From an uncultured delta proteobacterium (GTDB lineage: Bacteria > Desulfobacterota > Desulfobacteria > Desulfobacterales > QNYZ01), in NCBI GenBank assembly GCA_963845145.1, contig CAWJQU010000015.1, positions 41,858-105,857 on the forward strand: a stretch of 64,000 bases of DNA, written 5' to 3'. The first letter of the stretch is position 1. Each line of letters begins with the position of its first letter. Of this stretch, positions 39,979-50,915 are shown in pieces. The notes under the pieces are model-generated. The model ran no database searches. It worked only from the letters and a program-made list of their open reading frames with translations, and was not told the DNA's origin. The position numbers were made by a program, and so were the translations under genes.

Positions 39979-41655
39979 CTATGCGGCCAGTTGAAAGGCA
40001 TTAGTGGTGGCGTTACGTATCTCGGCGGGTGTGAAAGGCTTGGGGAGATATTCCACGACTCCCATGCGTGCAGCTTCTACAGCCGTTTCAATGCTGGCAT
40101 AGCCGGTAATCATTACGACACGGGCGTCGGGACGTTTTTCACGGATGGCGGACAGTAACTCCAAACCTTTTACACCGGGGATTTTAAGGTCCAACAGGAT
40201 GACCCGATGGGCACCGCGATCAAGTTGTACCAGGGCCTCCTCCCTGGTAAGCGCCTGATCCACATGGTACCCTTTTTTTTGTAAAATTTTGCGAATGTTG
40301 TTGTTAACAGCCACCTCATCGTCGATAATCAGAATATTCTTACTGGAAGGCTCTTTGGGGAATGCCAACACATCGTCGGGACGATTTTCCACCTGTGCAT
40401 CCAGATGCGCAATATGCTTCTTAAGTTCTTCATAAGGCATCATGACAACATCGTCATGATAAAGGTTTTGTGCATAATCAGGCCCAACTGCCTCGACGAC
40501 TTCTCTGTAATCAAAAGGCTGGTCAATTCCCACCAGTGATTTGACATCAGCGACGGCTGACTTGGCGGCCTGTTTTTTCTTTTTGGCTTTTTTCTTAGGA
40601 CAGCTGGTTGTCTTTATACCCGCTTTACAGGTAGCACCTAATTTCTCAAAGATATCGCACACCATGGTGCCCACCTCACAGAAATTTTCCAGCGGTTCAC
40701 TGGCCGTGACCTCAACCACCGGCACGTCAGATCGTGATAGCTGGTCGACATAGGTTTCACCAACGGATCCGGAGACTTCCGCTTGATCAAAAGGCATGTC
40801 AACATCGATGAACCTTTTTCCTTTTAACATCTGCTTCGACATGGCCTTCTTCAATTTCTCATAGGGCAGGAACGAGGCGCCTTCGTGGTGCAGGTTACGT
40901 ACATATTCCGGCCCGGTAACGGAAATAACTTCCTCATAATCAAAAGGCTCGTCGATTCCAATGAGCCTACGCGTATCACCCGCGGCGTTAGCGGTAGCCG
41001 CTTTTTTCTTTTTCGCCTTTTTTTGGGGACAAGCCGCTGTTTTTACCCCTGCCTTGCAGGTGGCCCCCAGCTTCTTAAAGATGTCACACACCATATTGCC
41101 CACTTCACAGAAATTTTCCAACGGTTCACGGGCCTTAACCTCCACGACCGGTATATCCGAAGGCCCCAGCATATCAGCGTAGGCCTCCCCCACGGCTTGG
41201 TCCACCTCTTCACGGTCAAAAGGCATGTCAATGTCGATGACATTGATCTGCTCCCGCTCTGTTTCAGTAATAGACGCTTCCTGAATTTCACCGGCGAGCA
41301 CCTTTTCAACCGTGGCTCTGAGTTCATCAGGTGTAAATGGTTTGGGGATATAGTCCAAAGCACCCATTCGAATCGCTTTCATGGCCGTATCGGTAGATGC
41401 ATAAGCGGTTATCATCACCGCTTTGGTCAAAGGCCATTCTTCTTTAACCAGCTTTAGAAGCTCCAGCCCATTTTTGCCCGGCATGACAATATCGGATATT
41501 AACAGGGAAAATGATTCCTTGGCCATTTTTTCAATGGCTTCATCAGCACTAACGGCATGCACCACTTCGTAATTATTTTTTGACAGGATTTTTTCAATAT
41601 TTTCGCAAATCCTTTCTTCATCATCAACGACCATAATTTTAGTGGCAATTCCCAT
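39979..41655 (-). CDS. Double receiver-domain protein with a duplicated central 4-Cys domain
   Basis: N- and C-terminal REC domains (DIVMP/KPF, DLKIP/KPF); internal tandem duplication with a 143-aa period. Confidence 0.88.
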   Translation of the reverse strand: MGIATKIMVVDDEERICENIEKILSKNNYEVVHAVSADEAIEKMAKESFSLLISDIVMPGKNGLELLKLVKEEWPLTKAVMITAYASTDTAMKAIRMGALDYIPKPFTPDELRATVEKVLAGEIQEASITETEREQINVIDIDMPFDREEVDQAVGEAYADMLGPSDIPVVEVKAREPLENFCEVGNMVCDIFKKLGATCKAGVKTAACPQKKAKKKKAATANAAGDTRRLIGIDEPFDYEEVISVTGPEYVRNLHHEGASFLPYEKLKKAMSKQMLKGKRFIDVDMPFDQAEVSGSVGETYVDQLSRSDVPVVEVTASEPLENFCEVGTMVCDIFEKLGATCKAGIKTTSCPKKKAKKKKQAAKSAVADVKSLVGIDQPFDYREVVEAVGPDYAQNLYHDDVVMMPYEELKKHIAHLDAQVENRPDDVLAFPKEPSSKNILIIDDEVAVNNNIRKILQKKGYHVDQALTREEALVQLDRGAHRVILLDLKIPGVKGLELLSAIREKRPDARVVMITGYASIETAVEAARMGVVEYLPKPFTPAEIRNATTNAFQLAA

Positions 41656-41743
41656 TTTTCCCCTCCATGGCTTTCCAAATGATAGATTGTCAATCGGTTT
41701 TGATTTTTATCGCACATTGTCAACTCATATTACCAATCCGTTA

Positions 41744-41759
41744 AGCAGAGTTCATGCCA
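41744..41759 (-). promoter_or_regulatory. Sigma54 (-24/-12) promoter for the double-receiver gene
   Basis: Minus strand TGGCATGAACTCTGCT (GG-N10-GC). Confidence 0.7.
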
Positions 41760-41833
41760 ACAATATTTTTTTCATTTAACATATTGTTTTAATTTAATTA
41801 TCTTTTCTTTAATGATGGACACACGAGCCTGAA

Positions 41834-41991
41834 TGTATAAAAAATATATACACGCCATTAAGATTTAATCCTATGACAGTGGGGTTCAACCAAGAATTGA
41901 CCTGGGGTCTATCGCGCCGATAGAGGCATTCTGAATAGGGCGGGGTGCAGCGGGAGCTTCCGATAGGCACACGGTATAAATATCATATACA
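41834..41991. promoter_or_regulatory. Two candidate activator sites of form TGTATA-N7-TATACA
   Basis: TGTATAAAAAATATATACA (41834..41852) and GGTATAAATATCATATACA (41973..41991). Confidence 0.5.
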
Positions 41992-42061
41992 GTGTATTTT
42001 ATATTGACCGGGTGGCCGCAATATTCAACCAGCCTTAAACATCAACCGGTCTTATCATTCA

Positions 42062-43486
42062 TCATTTTTTATTTTGTTGATCATATGGTCTAACAATGTG
42101 ATACTTTTTCATGAGGTTATGCAGATTGGTCCGTTGTAGTCCTGTTTTTTTAGCCGCTTGCGTAACGTTCCATTTGCTTTCGGCCAAAGCATTGAGGACA
42201 AAATTTTTCTCAATCCGCTGGATCGCTTTTTGTCTGACTGTTTTTTTTAGCCGCTTTAACTCTTCATTGGTTGTCGGCGTTGATTCAAGCAACTCTTCCA
42301 TTTCCTCCCTGTCCATAAATAAGGGTATATCCTTTAATAATATTCGGTTGGTTTCACATAGGATCACGGCTCTTTCAACCACATTTTTAAGCTGCCTGAC
42401 ATTACCCGGCCAATCAAATGCCTTTAACCGATGAACGGCGTCATCATCAAACCCTTCAATTGATTTTTCCAGCTGATGAGAGAATTGTTCGAGAAAATGA
42501 TACGCGATGGGCAGAATGTCCGTCTTTCTCTCCCTTAAGGGGGGCAGGATAATGGGGTATACATCGATACGATAATAAAAATCCTCTCTGAATGTATGCT
42601 GCGCCACCATTTCCGCAAGGTCCTTATTCGTGGCCAAAATTAAACGCACATCGACCTGTTGCAGTTTTGTATCCCCCAGCATTAAAAATTCTCGTGTTTC
42701 AAGAAAACGCAGTAGCTTACCCTGTACCTCTAAACTGATGTTGCTGATTTCATCTAGAAATACCGTCCCCCCATGGGCCAATTTGAAGATACCATCCTTA
42801 TCCTTATGGGCACCGGTAAACGCTCCCTGTTTGTGCCCGAACAACTCACTGGCCAGCAGACTGCTGTTCAAGGTACCGCAATCCACAGCATAAAAGACCC
42901 TCTGATGGCGTTGACTGTTGGCATGAACCGCCCGGGCAATTAATTCCTTACCGGTTCCACTTTCACCGTAAACCAATACGGTTGCGTTGGTAGGGGCCAC
43001 CTTTCCGACCATAGAAATGACTTTTTCAATTTTAGGACTGCTTCCGATGAGTTGATGGGAAATGGGCTTTGAAAATTTTTCCGGTTGACCAAGCCTATGA
43101 TTCTGTAAAAAGATTTCCCTTTGATCCGCAGTTTGCTTTACAACAGCACGAAGTTCATGGGGCGTAAACGGTTTGGGTAGATAATCACAAGCTCCCATTT
43201 TCATAACTTCAACCGCGGATGCCACCGAGGCATACCCCGTAATAACAATTACTTGAACATCCGGATAGCTTTCTTTAACCTGAAGCAGGACCTCCATTCC
43301 CCCTAACCGACTCATTTTCAGATCGGTAATCACAATCTGATATCGATTATCTTCCATCATTTTTAAGGCGTCATATCCATTTAAGGCATAATCCACCTCA
43401 TAGCCGGATTTGGTCAATATCCTCATGCAGTTGCGACAAATCTGCTGCTCGTCATCAATGATTAGAATGCGGAGTATCGACCGCAT
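42062..43486 (-). CDS. NtrC-family sigma54-dependent response regulator
   Basis: REC; GESGTGKE; GAFTGA; FLDEI; WPGNVRQL; HTH; start set at MRSIL after GGAG. Confidence 0.95.
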   Translation of the reverse strand: MRSILRILIIDDEQQICRNCMRILTKSGYEVDYALNGYDALKMMEDNRYQIVITDLKMSRLGGMEVLLQVKESYPDVQVIVITGYASVASAVEVMKMGACDYLPKPFTPHELRAVVKQTADQREIFLQNHRLGQPEKFSKPISHQLIGSSPKIEKVISMVGKVAPTNATVLVYGESGTGKELIARAVHANSQRHQRVFYAVDCGTLNSSLLASELFGHKQGAFTGAHKDKDGIFKLAHGGTVFLDEISNISLEVQGKLLRFLETREFLMLGDTKLQQVDVRLILATNKDLAEMVAQHTFREDFYYRIDVYPIILPPLRERKTDILPIAYHFLEQFSHQLEKSIEGFDDDAVHRLKAFDWPGNVRQLKNVVERAVILCETNRILLKDIPLFMDREEMEELLESTPTTNEELKRLKKTVRQKAIQRIEKNFVLNALAESKWNVTQAAKKTGLQRTNLHNLMKKYHIVRPYDQQNKK

Positions 43487-44915
43487 GAACATCTCCTTTG
43501 GCAACAGGCAGCCGAATAGTGAATTCAGTGCCCTCATCAATTTTACTTGTCACATCAATGGTACCATCATGTTGTTCGATGATTCCATGGGTGATGGCCA
43601 GCCCTAAACCAGTTCCCGTTTTTTTATCGGTAAAAAATGGGTCGAAAATTCGATTGATTGTTTTTTCAGAGATTCCCTTGCCATTATCCGCTACCTTCAC
43701 TTCAATCATACAATCCAAGGGGGAGAAAAGAGTCGCCACGGAGATTTTACCACCGGGATTGGTGGCTTCAATAGAATTAATAATGAGGTTGATGATTGCC
43801 TGCTGAATTTGCCCCTTGTCTACATTGGCAAGCGGAATTTTTTTGGAATAATGTTCTTCAACGATTAGACTTTTAAAGGCTGCCTGTTTTTTGATCAGGA
43901 GAATCGTCTCTCCAATGATCACATTCAGGTCATATTCTTTTTTAGCTGGGTTGGATTGTCTTGCAAAATCAAGCAAACTCGTTACAATTTTTCGGCAACG
44001 AAGCGTCTCTTTAGAAATCGTATCCAACTCTTGATAGATGGGGTCATCAGGATTCAAATCTTCCTGAATAAGCATCGCTGTTGTTAAGATTGTCGTCAAA
44101 GGGTTGTTAATTTCATGGGCGACACCAGCGGACAGCCTCCCTACGGATGCGAGCTTTTCCTGGTTCATCATGTTTTTCTGCATATTGATATCATTAGTGA
44201 TGTCACGAGAAATTTCAATGGCACCAGTCACTGCGTCTTTATCAAATATGGGGTAGGTGGATATTGAATAATGTATTGTATTACCGGCTTTATCTAGATG
44301 GACATGCGTTGTCTGAAAAGGTTGTTTGTTGGTTATCGTTTGCAAAAGGGGGCAAGGGTGATCCTCTCCTGAGCAGGGCTTGTCTCGATAATGTGTAATT
44401 TCATAGCAATAGCGACCAATCGCCTCGCTCCGATTTAGCCTTAATTTATTAAGTAACTTATCATTTGCATCAACCACCCTGTAATCTGATGAAATAACGA
44501 GTATCTCCTCTTGAATTAGTTCATTAACAGCCAATTTGTACAGCTTTTGGGTCTCTTGAAGCTTTTCAGTCGTGTATTTTTTACTGTCAGAAATAGCTGA
44601 GATCTCCCAAAATAGCCGGGCCGTCTTATGGGCGATGGCACGAACATGCCGCTTTTTTTTCTTCAAAATATCGTGGTAAACATTCATCTGCCCGGTAAGC
44701 TCTATGAATAAGTCGATATCATCCCGTTTAAAAAAATCATTATAATCATTCGTGACAAATAATCCGTTCTCTCTCGCCAGCACAAAACCCGGAGCCCTTT
44801 CGTTGGTGTCAGCTACTCCGATAATTTGTGGAAATATTTCTTTGAAAGTATGTTCTTTCACAATATTGATGAGTTCGCGGCATCTTTTCCCGCCACCGAC
44901 CACAACGATATTCAT
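43455..44915 (-). CDS. Cytoplasmic histidine kinase with N-terminal Rossmann-like and PAS domains
   Basis: MNIVVVGGG...IIGVADTN; PAS (IGRYCYE); AHEINNPL; DNGKG; GTGLGL; no TM helix. Confidence 0.92.
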   Translation of the reverse strand: MNIVVVGGGKRCRELINIVKEHTFKEIFPQIIGVADTNERAPGFVLARENGLFVTNDYNDFFKRDDIDLFIELTGQMNVYHDILKKKKRHVRAIAHKTARLFWEISAISDSKKYTTEKLQETQKLYKLAVNELIQEEILVISSDYRVVDANDKLLNKLRLNRSEAIGRYCYEITHYRDKPCSGEDHPCPLLQTITNKQPFQTTHVHLDKAGNTIHYSISTYPIFDKDAVTGAIEISRDITNDINMQKNMMNQEKLASVGRLSAGVAHEINNPLTTILTTAMLIQEDLNPDDPIYQELDTISKETLRCRKIVTSLLDFARQSNPAKKEYDLNVIIGETILLIKKQAAFKSLIVEEHYSKKIPLANVDKGQIQQAIINLIINSIEATNPGGKISVATLFSPLDCMIEVKVADNGKGISEKTINRIFDPFFTDKKTGTGLGLAITHGIIEQHDGTIDVTSKIDEGTEFTIRLPVAKGDVHAVDTPHSNH

Positions 44916-45380
44916 TTTTCATTTCCTTTAATGAGGATAAAAAGCAGCGTTAGGCATTGAAAATGGGGAAAATAGATTTCTTTCAATTGCCTTTTTTTGT
45001 GAAAGCCTACTCACCGTTATTGTGCGCCTATCGCACATAAATGACGGTTTGAACTAAAAGGCTATGTGAAGATGTTGTCTGATTCGATCGGATAAATTAG
45101 ATAATCATAATAGCAATGTCAATCGAATCAAAAAGAATGCCCATTCTATATATGGTCATTTCGGGATAGATGGATCTCCCCTCATCCCTGCGGTAAGCAG
45201 GAATTCGATGAGTTCTTCAAAGTGTGACTATATCTAAAGGCATAGACGGCAAGATAAATGAAGGTATCAGATGTGATTTTTTTTAAACCGTTCAACGGCT
45301 TGAGACATCAGAGAGATAAATGTAACCCATTGCTATTACAACAGTTTTTGGAAAATCGAATTCCAAACATTTTCTATCCG

Positions 45381-46562
45381 CTACTCAGCTAGCATCTTGT
45401 CATAATAACGGCAGGCCAGCATCCCGGTTACAAGGGTTCGAACAACCAGGTTTTTAATCATGGCCGCCAAGGCTGCACTGCACTGATTGTACTCTTCGGC
45501 GAGTTTGCGCGTATCGGGCTTTAATAGTTCAATATCACTGTCACCGAACACACACGCACCGGTTAATTTGAGCGCCGAATCAAGAAAGGATAGATCGCCG
45601 ATCACATCCCCGGCCTCCAAATCGGCCAGGGGAATAAAATGCTCACCCTGGTCAACGATCAAATGCCCCTCACCGCCCTTAATAATCATCACCTGATCAT
45701 TGCCCATGCCTGGGAGGGCCAGGGGCTCTTTCTCAAGAAAATTACTGCTAAACAATTGTTCGCCGCCGGAATAGCGTACCGCCGTATCAGTCATTTTTTT
45801 CAACCGTCGCGCCATTCCCGTTGCCAGGGATTGAAACTCAGGTGATTTCCCCGAAAACTCAGAATAGAGACGTTCTATGTCCAGGACACCTAAATGAACC
45901 GGGCCGGAGGCCAATAGGCTCGTAGAGCGGGCTTTTTCATCGGTGAAGAATAAAATTGAGCCTGGATAGGTACCTGACCCCAAACGCAGCAGTTGCGTAT
46001 TTCCCTCGGGTGTCTTTTTAACCACATCGGCCTTGCCGTCCAGAATGACATACACCCAACGACCAAATTTTCCCTCCATAAAGATAGGTTGGCCATCAGT
46101 ATATCGCTCTTCATCGACAATATCCGTATAATCCGGGGAATCTCCCCTTATCAAAGGTAGCTTGAGCGTATCGGATGCGTTGGGTTTCCGGTTTGAACTT
46201 GCCATCGAAACCTCGTTCTCCGGACCCAATATTTTTATTTTGCCCTCATCCAATAACCGCACAGCATTCATGATGACGCTCATGCGGTCTTGGTTTATGC
46301 GACGCTCACCGGGGTGGTGCTGGTTGGAAAAATGAAAACGCCCCCCCTTCCACCCAAACAGTGCGTAAAGGGCATCTAAGCCGGTTTTTTCACCATCTGA
46401 TGCATCAACCGGCGTACCGTCAGAAAACTCAATCTGTCCTTCGCTGTCAGACCAGGGTGAATTAATACATAATACTCCACTTTTTCCTGTCATTCCAATT
46501 AATTGTAATATTTCCCCCAATTCGATAAAATCGAGGTCGCCGGATAAAAGATCGCGACTCAT
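45381..46562 (-). CDS. DUF4388 (PatA-N) plus cyclic-nucleotide-binding-like domain protein
   Basis: LSGDLDFIELGEILQLIG...GLDALYALFGWKGGRFHF; IFMEG...VYVILDGKADV...ARSTS. Confidence 0.78.
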   Translation of the reverse strand: MSRDLLSGDLDFIELGEILQLIGMTGKSGVLCINSPWSDSEGQIEFSDGTPVDASDGEKTGLDALYALFGWKGGRFHFSNQHHPGERRINQDRMSVIMNAVRLLDEGKIKILGPENEVSMASSNRKPNASDTLKLPLIRGDSPDYTDIVDEERYTDGQPIFMEGKFGRWVYVILDGKADVVKKTPEGNTQLLRLGSGTYPGSILFFTDEKARSTSLLASGPVHLGVLDIERLYSEFSGKSPEFQSLATGMARRLKKMTDTAVRYSGGEQLFSSNFLEKEPLALPGMGNDQVMIIKGGEGHLIVDQGEHFIPLADLEAGDVIGDLSFLDSALKLTGACVFGDSDIELLKPDTRKLAEEYNQCSAALAAMIKNLVVRTLVTGMLACRYYDKMLAE

Positions 46563-46833
46563 ACCAAAAATTCCTATATCAAGACTTATTTAAAAAATAC
46601 CTTTTCCAGGCTTATTTTGGATTAGAATTACAATCGGCCCTGGACAATGATCGATCCACAACAAACACTGATTTTACACCAAATCATCACACATAGCCTG
46701 CATTTTTTGATCGCCATCTTGGGACTATATGTTTTATTGGGGCTGATGATATTTTGATGCTATAGGGTGCTACACATTTGGACAAGAGAAACGATAATAA
46801 ACCGGTAAATAAAATATAGCTAATTCAAAATTG

Positions 46834-47196
46834 TCAATTTACGGAAATGTCTAAAGACTTGTTAAACAGGTTGTTTTTTTGTAACCATTCAAAGGGTTCA
46901 ATCCGGTCCCAGTAATCCTTGCGCGCCAAAATCTTAACCAAAACAAGTAATGTTTTTAGTCTGTTATCGTCGAGATGGCCCTTATTTCCAAGGCAATTGT
47001 CTTCGTCTATTTGCATAAAATCCAAAATGCTCAAGGCGTCTATCGATTCATCATCCAGTTGAAATTCAACGGATAACACGCCATGTGGGGTTAGGATATT
47101 CATATCCATCCAGCCATCGAATCGAAATTGGGTTGATAAGATCTGAAAAGAGTTCATATGTTGGGTATTCTCCCATAGCAGCGTTTTCACGTTCAC
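46834..47196 (-). CDS. Hypothetical protein (120 aa)
   Basis: Open frame in an AT-rich region, preceded by a sigma54-like promoter; no family recognised. Confidence 0.55.
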   Translation of the reverse strand: MNVKTLLWENTQHMNSFQILSTQFRFDGWMDMNILTPHGVLSVEFQLDDESIDALSILDFMQIDEDNCLGNKGHLDDNRLKTLLVLVKILARKDYWDRIEPFEWLQKNNLFNKSLDISVN

Positions 47197-47252
47197 ACCG
47201 ACCGGCTGAGAAGCTGAAAGGCGTGATTTATTCCCTTTGTCACTTACATCTC

Positions 47253-47268
47253 TGCAAAAGCGATGCCA
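47253..47268 (-). promoter_or_regulatory. Sigma54 (-24/-12) promoter
   Basis: Minus strand TGGCATCGCTTTTGCA, close to consensus TGGCAC-N5-TTGCW. Confidence 0.65.
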
Positions 47269-47641
47269 TAGATCTTAAACAGAATTAAAAGCTGTTCAGA
47301 GTTGAATAGGGACAACAATATGAATCGGATATGGCTCGAATCAGACCGACAAACCGATCAAATTCCGGAAAAAATTAATTAGAGCAACCGGTTTAGGCGC
47401 TCTTGACTGGAAAAGACTGAAGGAATCGCTTTTACGAATAGAGGTTATTTCTTTTAAGATTCTGTAATTTTAAATAAAACGTCATGTCCATACCTGCCAG
47501 TACCAATAGATGGTCACCAAAAAAACGGCCATTAAAACGGAATAGATCGAGAGCGACAAGAAATTAGTATTACAAAACCGTAATTAATGGCTATCCCCAT
47601 AAGGTAAAGCTTTTTGATAAAAGCTATCTTATAGGATAAGA

Positions 47642-48073
47642 TTAAGAATCCTGATCCGGAGGGGCAGGTATGGGAACTTTAAAGAACTCAATCCCTTCTG
47701 ATTCCAACATTTTCTCTTCACTTTTGGTACTGACGCCCCTTATATTTCGAGGCTCCGTAACGCCGTAATGAATTTTTAACGCCTCTTTTGAAAAATCGGA
47801 GCCGACATTATCAAAATTATTTTTGACAAAATCAGCGACTTCGCGACTCATCTCTACCAGGGCATTCTGCTTCCGCTGCAATTCATCTAGGGTTCCGTGG
47901 GATGACGTCGACGATTTAATAGAAATTGGAGAAAAGATTTTCGCCACTGAATTGTCATTACATACCGGACATGTGATCAGGTCTTTTCTCTTCTGTTTCT
48001 CGTAGGCACGGTTGTCTTCAAACCATCCCTCAAATGTGTGCCCGTTTGCACATTGTAAATCAAAGGCAATCAT
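47642..48073 (-). CDS. DUF1178 family zinc-ribbon protein
   Basis: MIAFDLQCANGHTFEGWF...CPVC...NVGSDFSKEALKIHYG...RNIRG. Confidence 0.9.
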   Translation of the reverse strand: MIAFDLQCANGHTFEGWFEDNRAYEKQKRKDLITCPVCNDNSVAKIFSPISIKSSTSSHGTLDELQRKQNALVEMSREVADFVKNNFDNVGSDFSKEALKIHYGVTEPRNIRGVSTKSEEKMLESEGIEFFKVPIPAPPDQDS

Positions 48074-48311
48074 GAAATATTCCCTGCCAATAAAATTGCA
48101 ACTTAAATTATTGGCCGTATCTTACTTTTATTTAAATTCACTTTTAATCGGCTGTAACCATAGCATAAACAGTGAGAATAAAAAAGAAAATATTGACAAG
48201 TTAATAAATATCAATAAAGAATACAGGGTTGTTGAGCAGGATAAAGACAGGTTGAGCTAACGGCTCACAGCGTTTAATACAGCCCTGTAACTTAGTAAAA
48301 ATGGAGCCTTC

Positions 48312-48972
48312 ATGATGACAAAACGCGTGCTGATTATATGCTTAATTTTATTTAGCTTTTATAAATTTCGCCCATGCGGCAAACGCTAACTATATCGCGG
48401 GAGATTTACAGGTAACGTTTCGGACCGGACCGGGAAAGAAACACAAGGTTCTCGCCATGGTCTCTTCCGGTGAAAAGATTATCGTTCTTGAACCGGGGAA
48501 TGAGTGGTCCAAAGTGCGTCTTAATGACGGCAAGATCGGGTATGTGTTAAAGCGTTTTATCACTGCAGAGACTCCCTGCAATATCACCCTTGACCGCCTA
48601 CAAAAGAAACATCATTCCTTAGTAGAACAATCGGCAGAGCCATTAAAAGAGGTCGCCCGACTGACCGACGAGAACGAGCAGCTCCAAACCAATTTTGCGG
48701 CTGTAGAGCGATCATTGAATGATCTGCAAATTGAACACGAGACTTTAAAAAAGGAATCCAAGGATTTTATAAACATCAAAACCAAATACACCCAAACATC
48801 CAAACAGCTCACCGAACAATCGGGTAAGGTTGAGAAACTCGAATCGGAAATCGCCCGCCTGGGATGGAACCAAAGTATTCGCTGGTTTTTAAGCGGTGCC
48901 GGCGTCATGTTACTGGGATATATTATCGGTTTTTTCTCAAAGAAGCGCCGCCGTCGCTCGTCGTTATTATAA
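48312..48972 (+). CDS. SH3-domain protein (YgiM/TIGR04211-like), frameshift near 48365
   Basis: Signal start MMTKRVLII in one frame; YIAGDLQVTFRTGPG...WSKVRLNDGKIGYV, coiled coil and WFLSGAGV TM with basic tail in another. Confidence 0.82.
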
Positions 48973-49241
48973 CGTCGTTATTATAACCAGGGTAAGGTTA
49001 AGGAAAGTAATCCAATTTTGGCGACCCTTATTTCTTCAAAATGAAGACCCGGGCCCGGATGACCGTAAAAACCCCTTTCAAACAATCGGGTAGCCGGATG
49101 ATACATTGGCCTTTTAACCAAAGCCCGGTTGGTTATAGGCCGACCATAGGCCATATTGACAATTGTATAAATTGCATTACCATTCACACAAAATGATCTA
49201 AAAATATCCCCTGCTGCTACAGGCGGTTCCCAGGAAATCAA

Positions 49242-50357
49242 ATGACATCAAAACGTGACTATTACGAAATATTAGAAATTGATAAAAGCGCCACCGAGAC
49301 AGAGCTAAAAACGGCCTATCGGCGCCAGGCGATAAAATACCACCCGGATAAAAATCCCGGAGATCAACAGGCCGAAGACAAGTTTAAAGAGGCTGCGGAA
49401 GCATACGAAGTATTACGCGACCCGCGCAAGCGCCAGATCTACGACCAATACGGTCACCAAGGCCTGGAGGGGACCGGATTTTCAGGCTTTAGCGGATTCG
49501 AGGATATCTTCGATAGTTTCGGCGGTATTTTTGAGGACCTTTTTGGTTTTCGGTCAGGCGGGCGAGGCCATAATCGACGGCAGCGCGGGGCCGATCTACG
49601 CTATGACCTCAGCCTGGAATTCAAAGAAGCCGCATTTGGAAAAGAAACTGAGATCGACATTGAAAAAATGGCCGCCTGCGGATCTTGTGAGGGAAGTGGA
49701 TGCGAGCCCGGCACCTATCCGGAGAACTGTCCAGATTGTCAGGGAAGCGGTCAGGTCTCTCGCAATCAGGGTTTTTTCACGATTCGCACCACTTGCTCCA
49801 GCTGTCGCGGGGCAGGAAAGATCATTACGCATCATTGTCCTGAATGCCGTGGTGCGGGTCAGATCAAACAGGTCAAACGGGTGTCCGTAAAAATTCCCGG
49901 CGGGGTGGATCATGGGTCGCGCCTTCGACTTTCCGGTGAGGGCGAGGGCGGTTTAATCGGCGGCCCACCTGGCGACCTTTACGTTTTTATCCATGTTAAA
50001 GATCACGATTTTTTCCATCGCGACAATACCGATGTTATCTGCCGTATCCCCATTTCGTTTATTCAAGCCGCGCTAGGAGATGAGATCCCGGTTCCAACCC
50101 TGACCGGGGAAGAAGTCCTTAAAGTGCCCAAGGGGACACAACCCGGCGATACCTTCCGCTTACCGGGACAGGGAATTCCATCGCTTCGAAATGGCCGGCG
50201 TGGGAATCAAATCGTTCAGGTTCAGGTTAAAACACCCACCCGGCTAACCAAAAAACAGGAAAAATTATTGCAGGAATTTAAAAAATTGGAAGCCGCCAAG
50301 CTAACCAATAAAATTAAAAATGTACTAAAAGGGGATCGGGTCAAAGCTGCTGGATAA
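49242..50357 (+). CDS. dnaJ: Chaperone DnaJ
   Basis: J-domain HPD; G/F region; four CxxCxGxG. Confidence 0.97.
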   Translation: MTSKRDYYEILEIDKSATETELKTAYRRQAIKYHPDKNPGDQQAEDKFKEAAEAYEVLRDPRKRQIYDQYGHQGLEGTGFSGFSGFEDIFDSFGGIFEDLFGFRSGGRGHNRRQRGADLRYDLSLEFKEAAFGKETEIDIEKMAACGSCEGSGCEPGTYPENCPDCQGSGQVSRNQGFFTIRTTCSSCRGAGKIITHHCPECRGAGQIKQVKRVSVKIPGGVDHGSRLRLSGEGEGGLIGGPPGDLYVFIHVKDHDFFHRDNTDVICRIPISFIQAALGDEIPVPTLTGEEVLKVPKGTQPGDTFRLPGQGIPSLRNGRRGNQIVQVQVKTPTRLTKKQEKLLQEFKKLEAAKLTNKIKNVLKGDRVKAAG

Positions 50358-50477
50358 CCCCTATCCACCCATTCAACGACCGACTTTTTTTGTCCTAGGT
50401 CATTCCCAAAGCAATATTTTCGGGATCGTGAATTTTTGGGCAGAAAAAAGGCCTTAAACCCAAGCAATGGCAATCCC

Positions 50478-50856
50478 ATGTTTGAACTAAAAATATTTAC
50501 CGATTTTTCCGCCGCTCATCAATTGGCAATGGTTGGAGAAAAATGTGAAAATCTGCACGGGCATAACTGGAACGTGGAGGTACGTGTTACCGGCAAGAAA
50601 CTGGATCGGGGTGGCGTATTAATCGATTTTGGTGTGCTAAAAAAATATGTGGCCGAAATCATGGCCACTCCTAGATCATCAATTTTTAAATGAACTGGAC
50701 TTCTTCAATGAAGCGGTTCCCCCCTCTTCGGAAAACATCGCCATTTATATCACCAAAGCCCTACAGTCAAAACTCACCCACCCCGATGTTAGGGTTTTTA
50801 GTGTATCCGCCTGGGAGTCGGCCAACTCATGCGCCACTTATATTGTGGACGATTAA
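50478..50856 (+). CDS. queD: 6-carboxytetrahydropterin synthase, frameshift near 50670
   Basis: FSAAHQL...CENLHGHNW...IDFG, then LDHQFLNE...PSSENIA...WES in a shifted frame. Confidence 0.88.
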
Positions 50857-50915
50857 TGTATTAAGATTGAAAACCGGGCGGGACCAAGAGCAAGCAATTT
50901 AGCAACAGCGGGGAG

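Noticed and set aside
45181..45212. Hairpin CTCATC-CCTGC...GCAGG...GATGAG as an ncRNA or REP element
   Set aside because: Single copy in the window and no recognisable family
49080..49241. CIRCE element before dnaJ
   Set aside because: No TTAGCACTC-N9-GAGTGCTAA; only an unrelated imperfect inverted repeat
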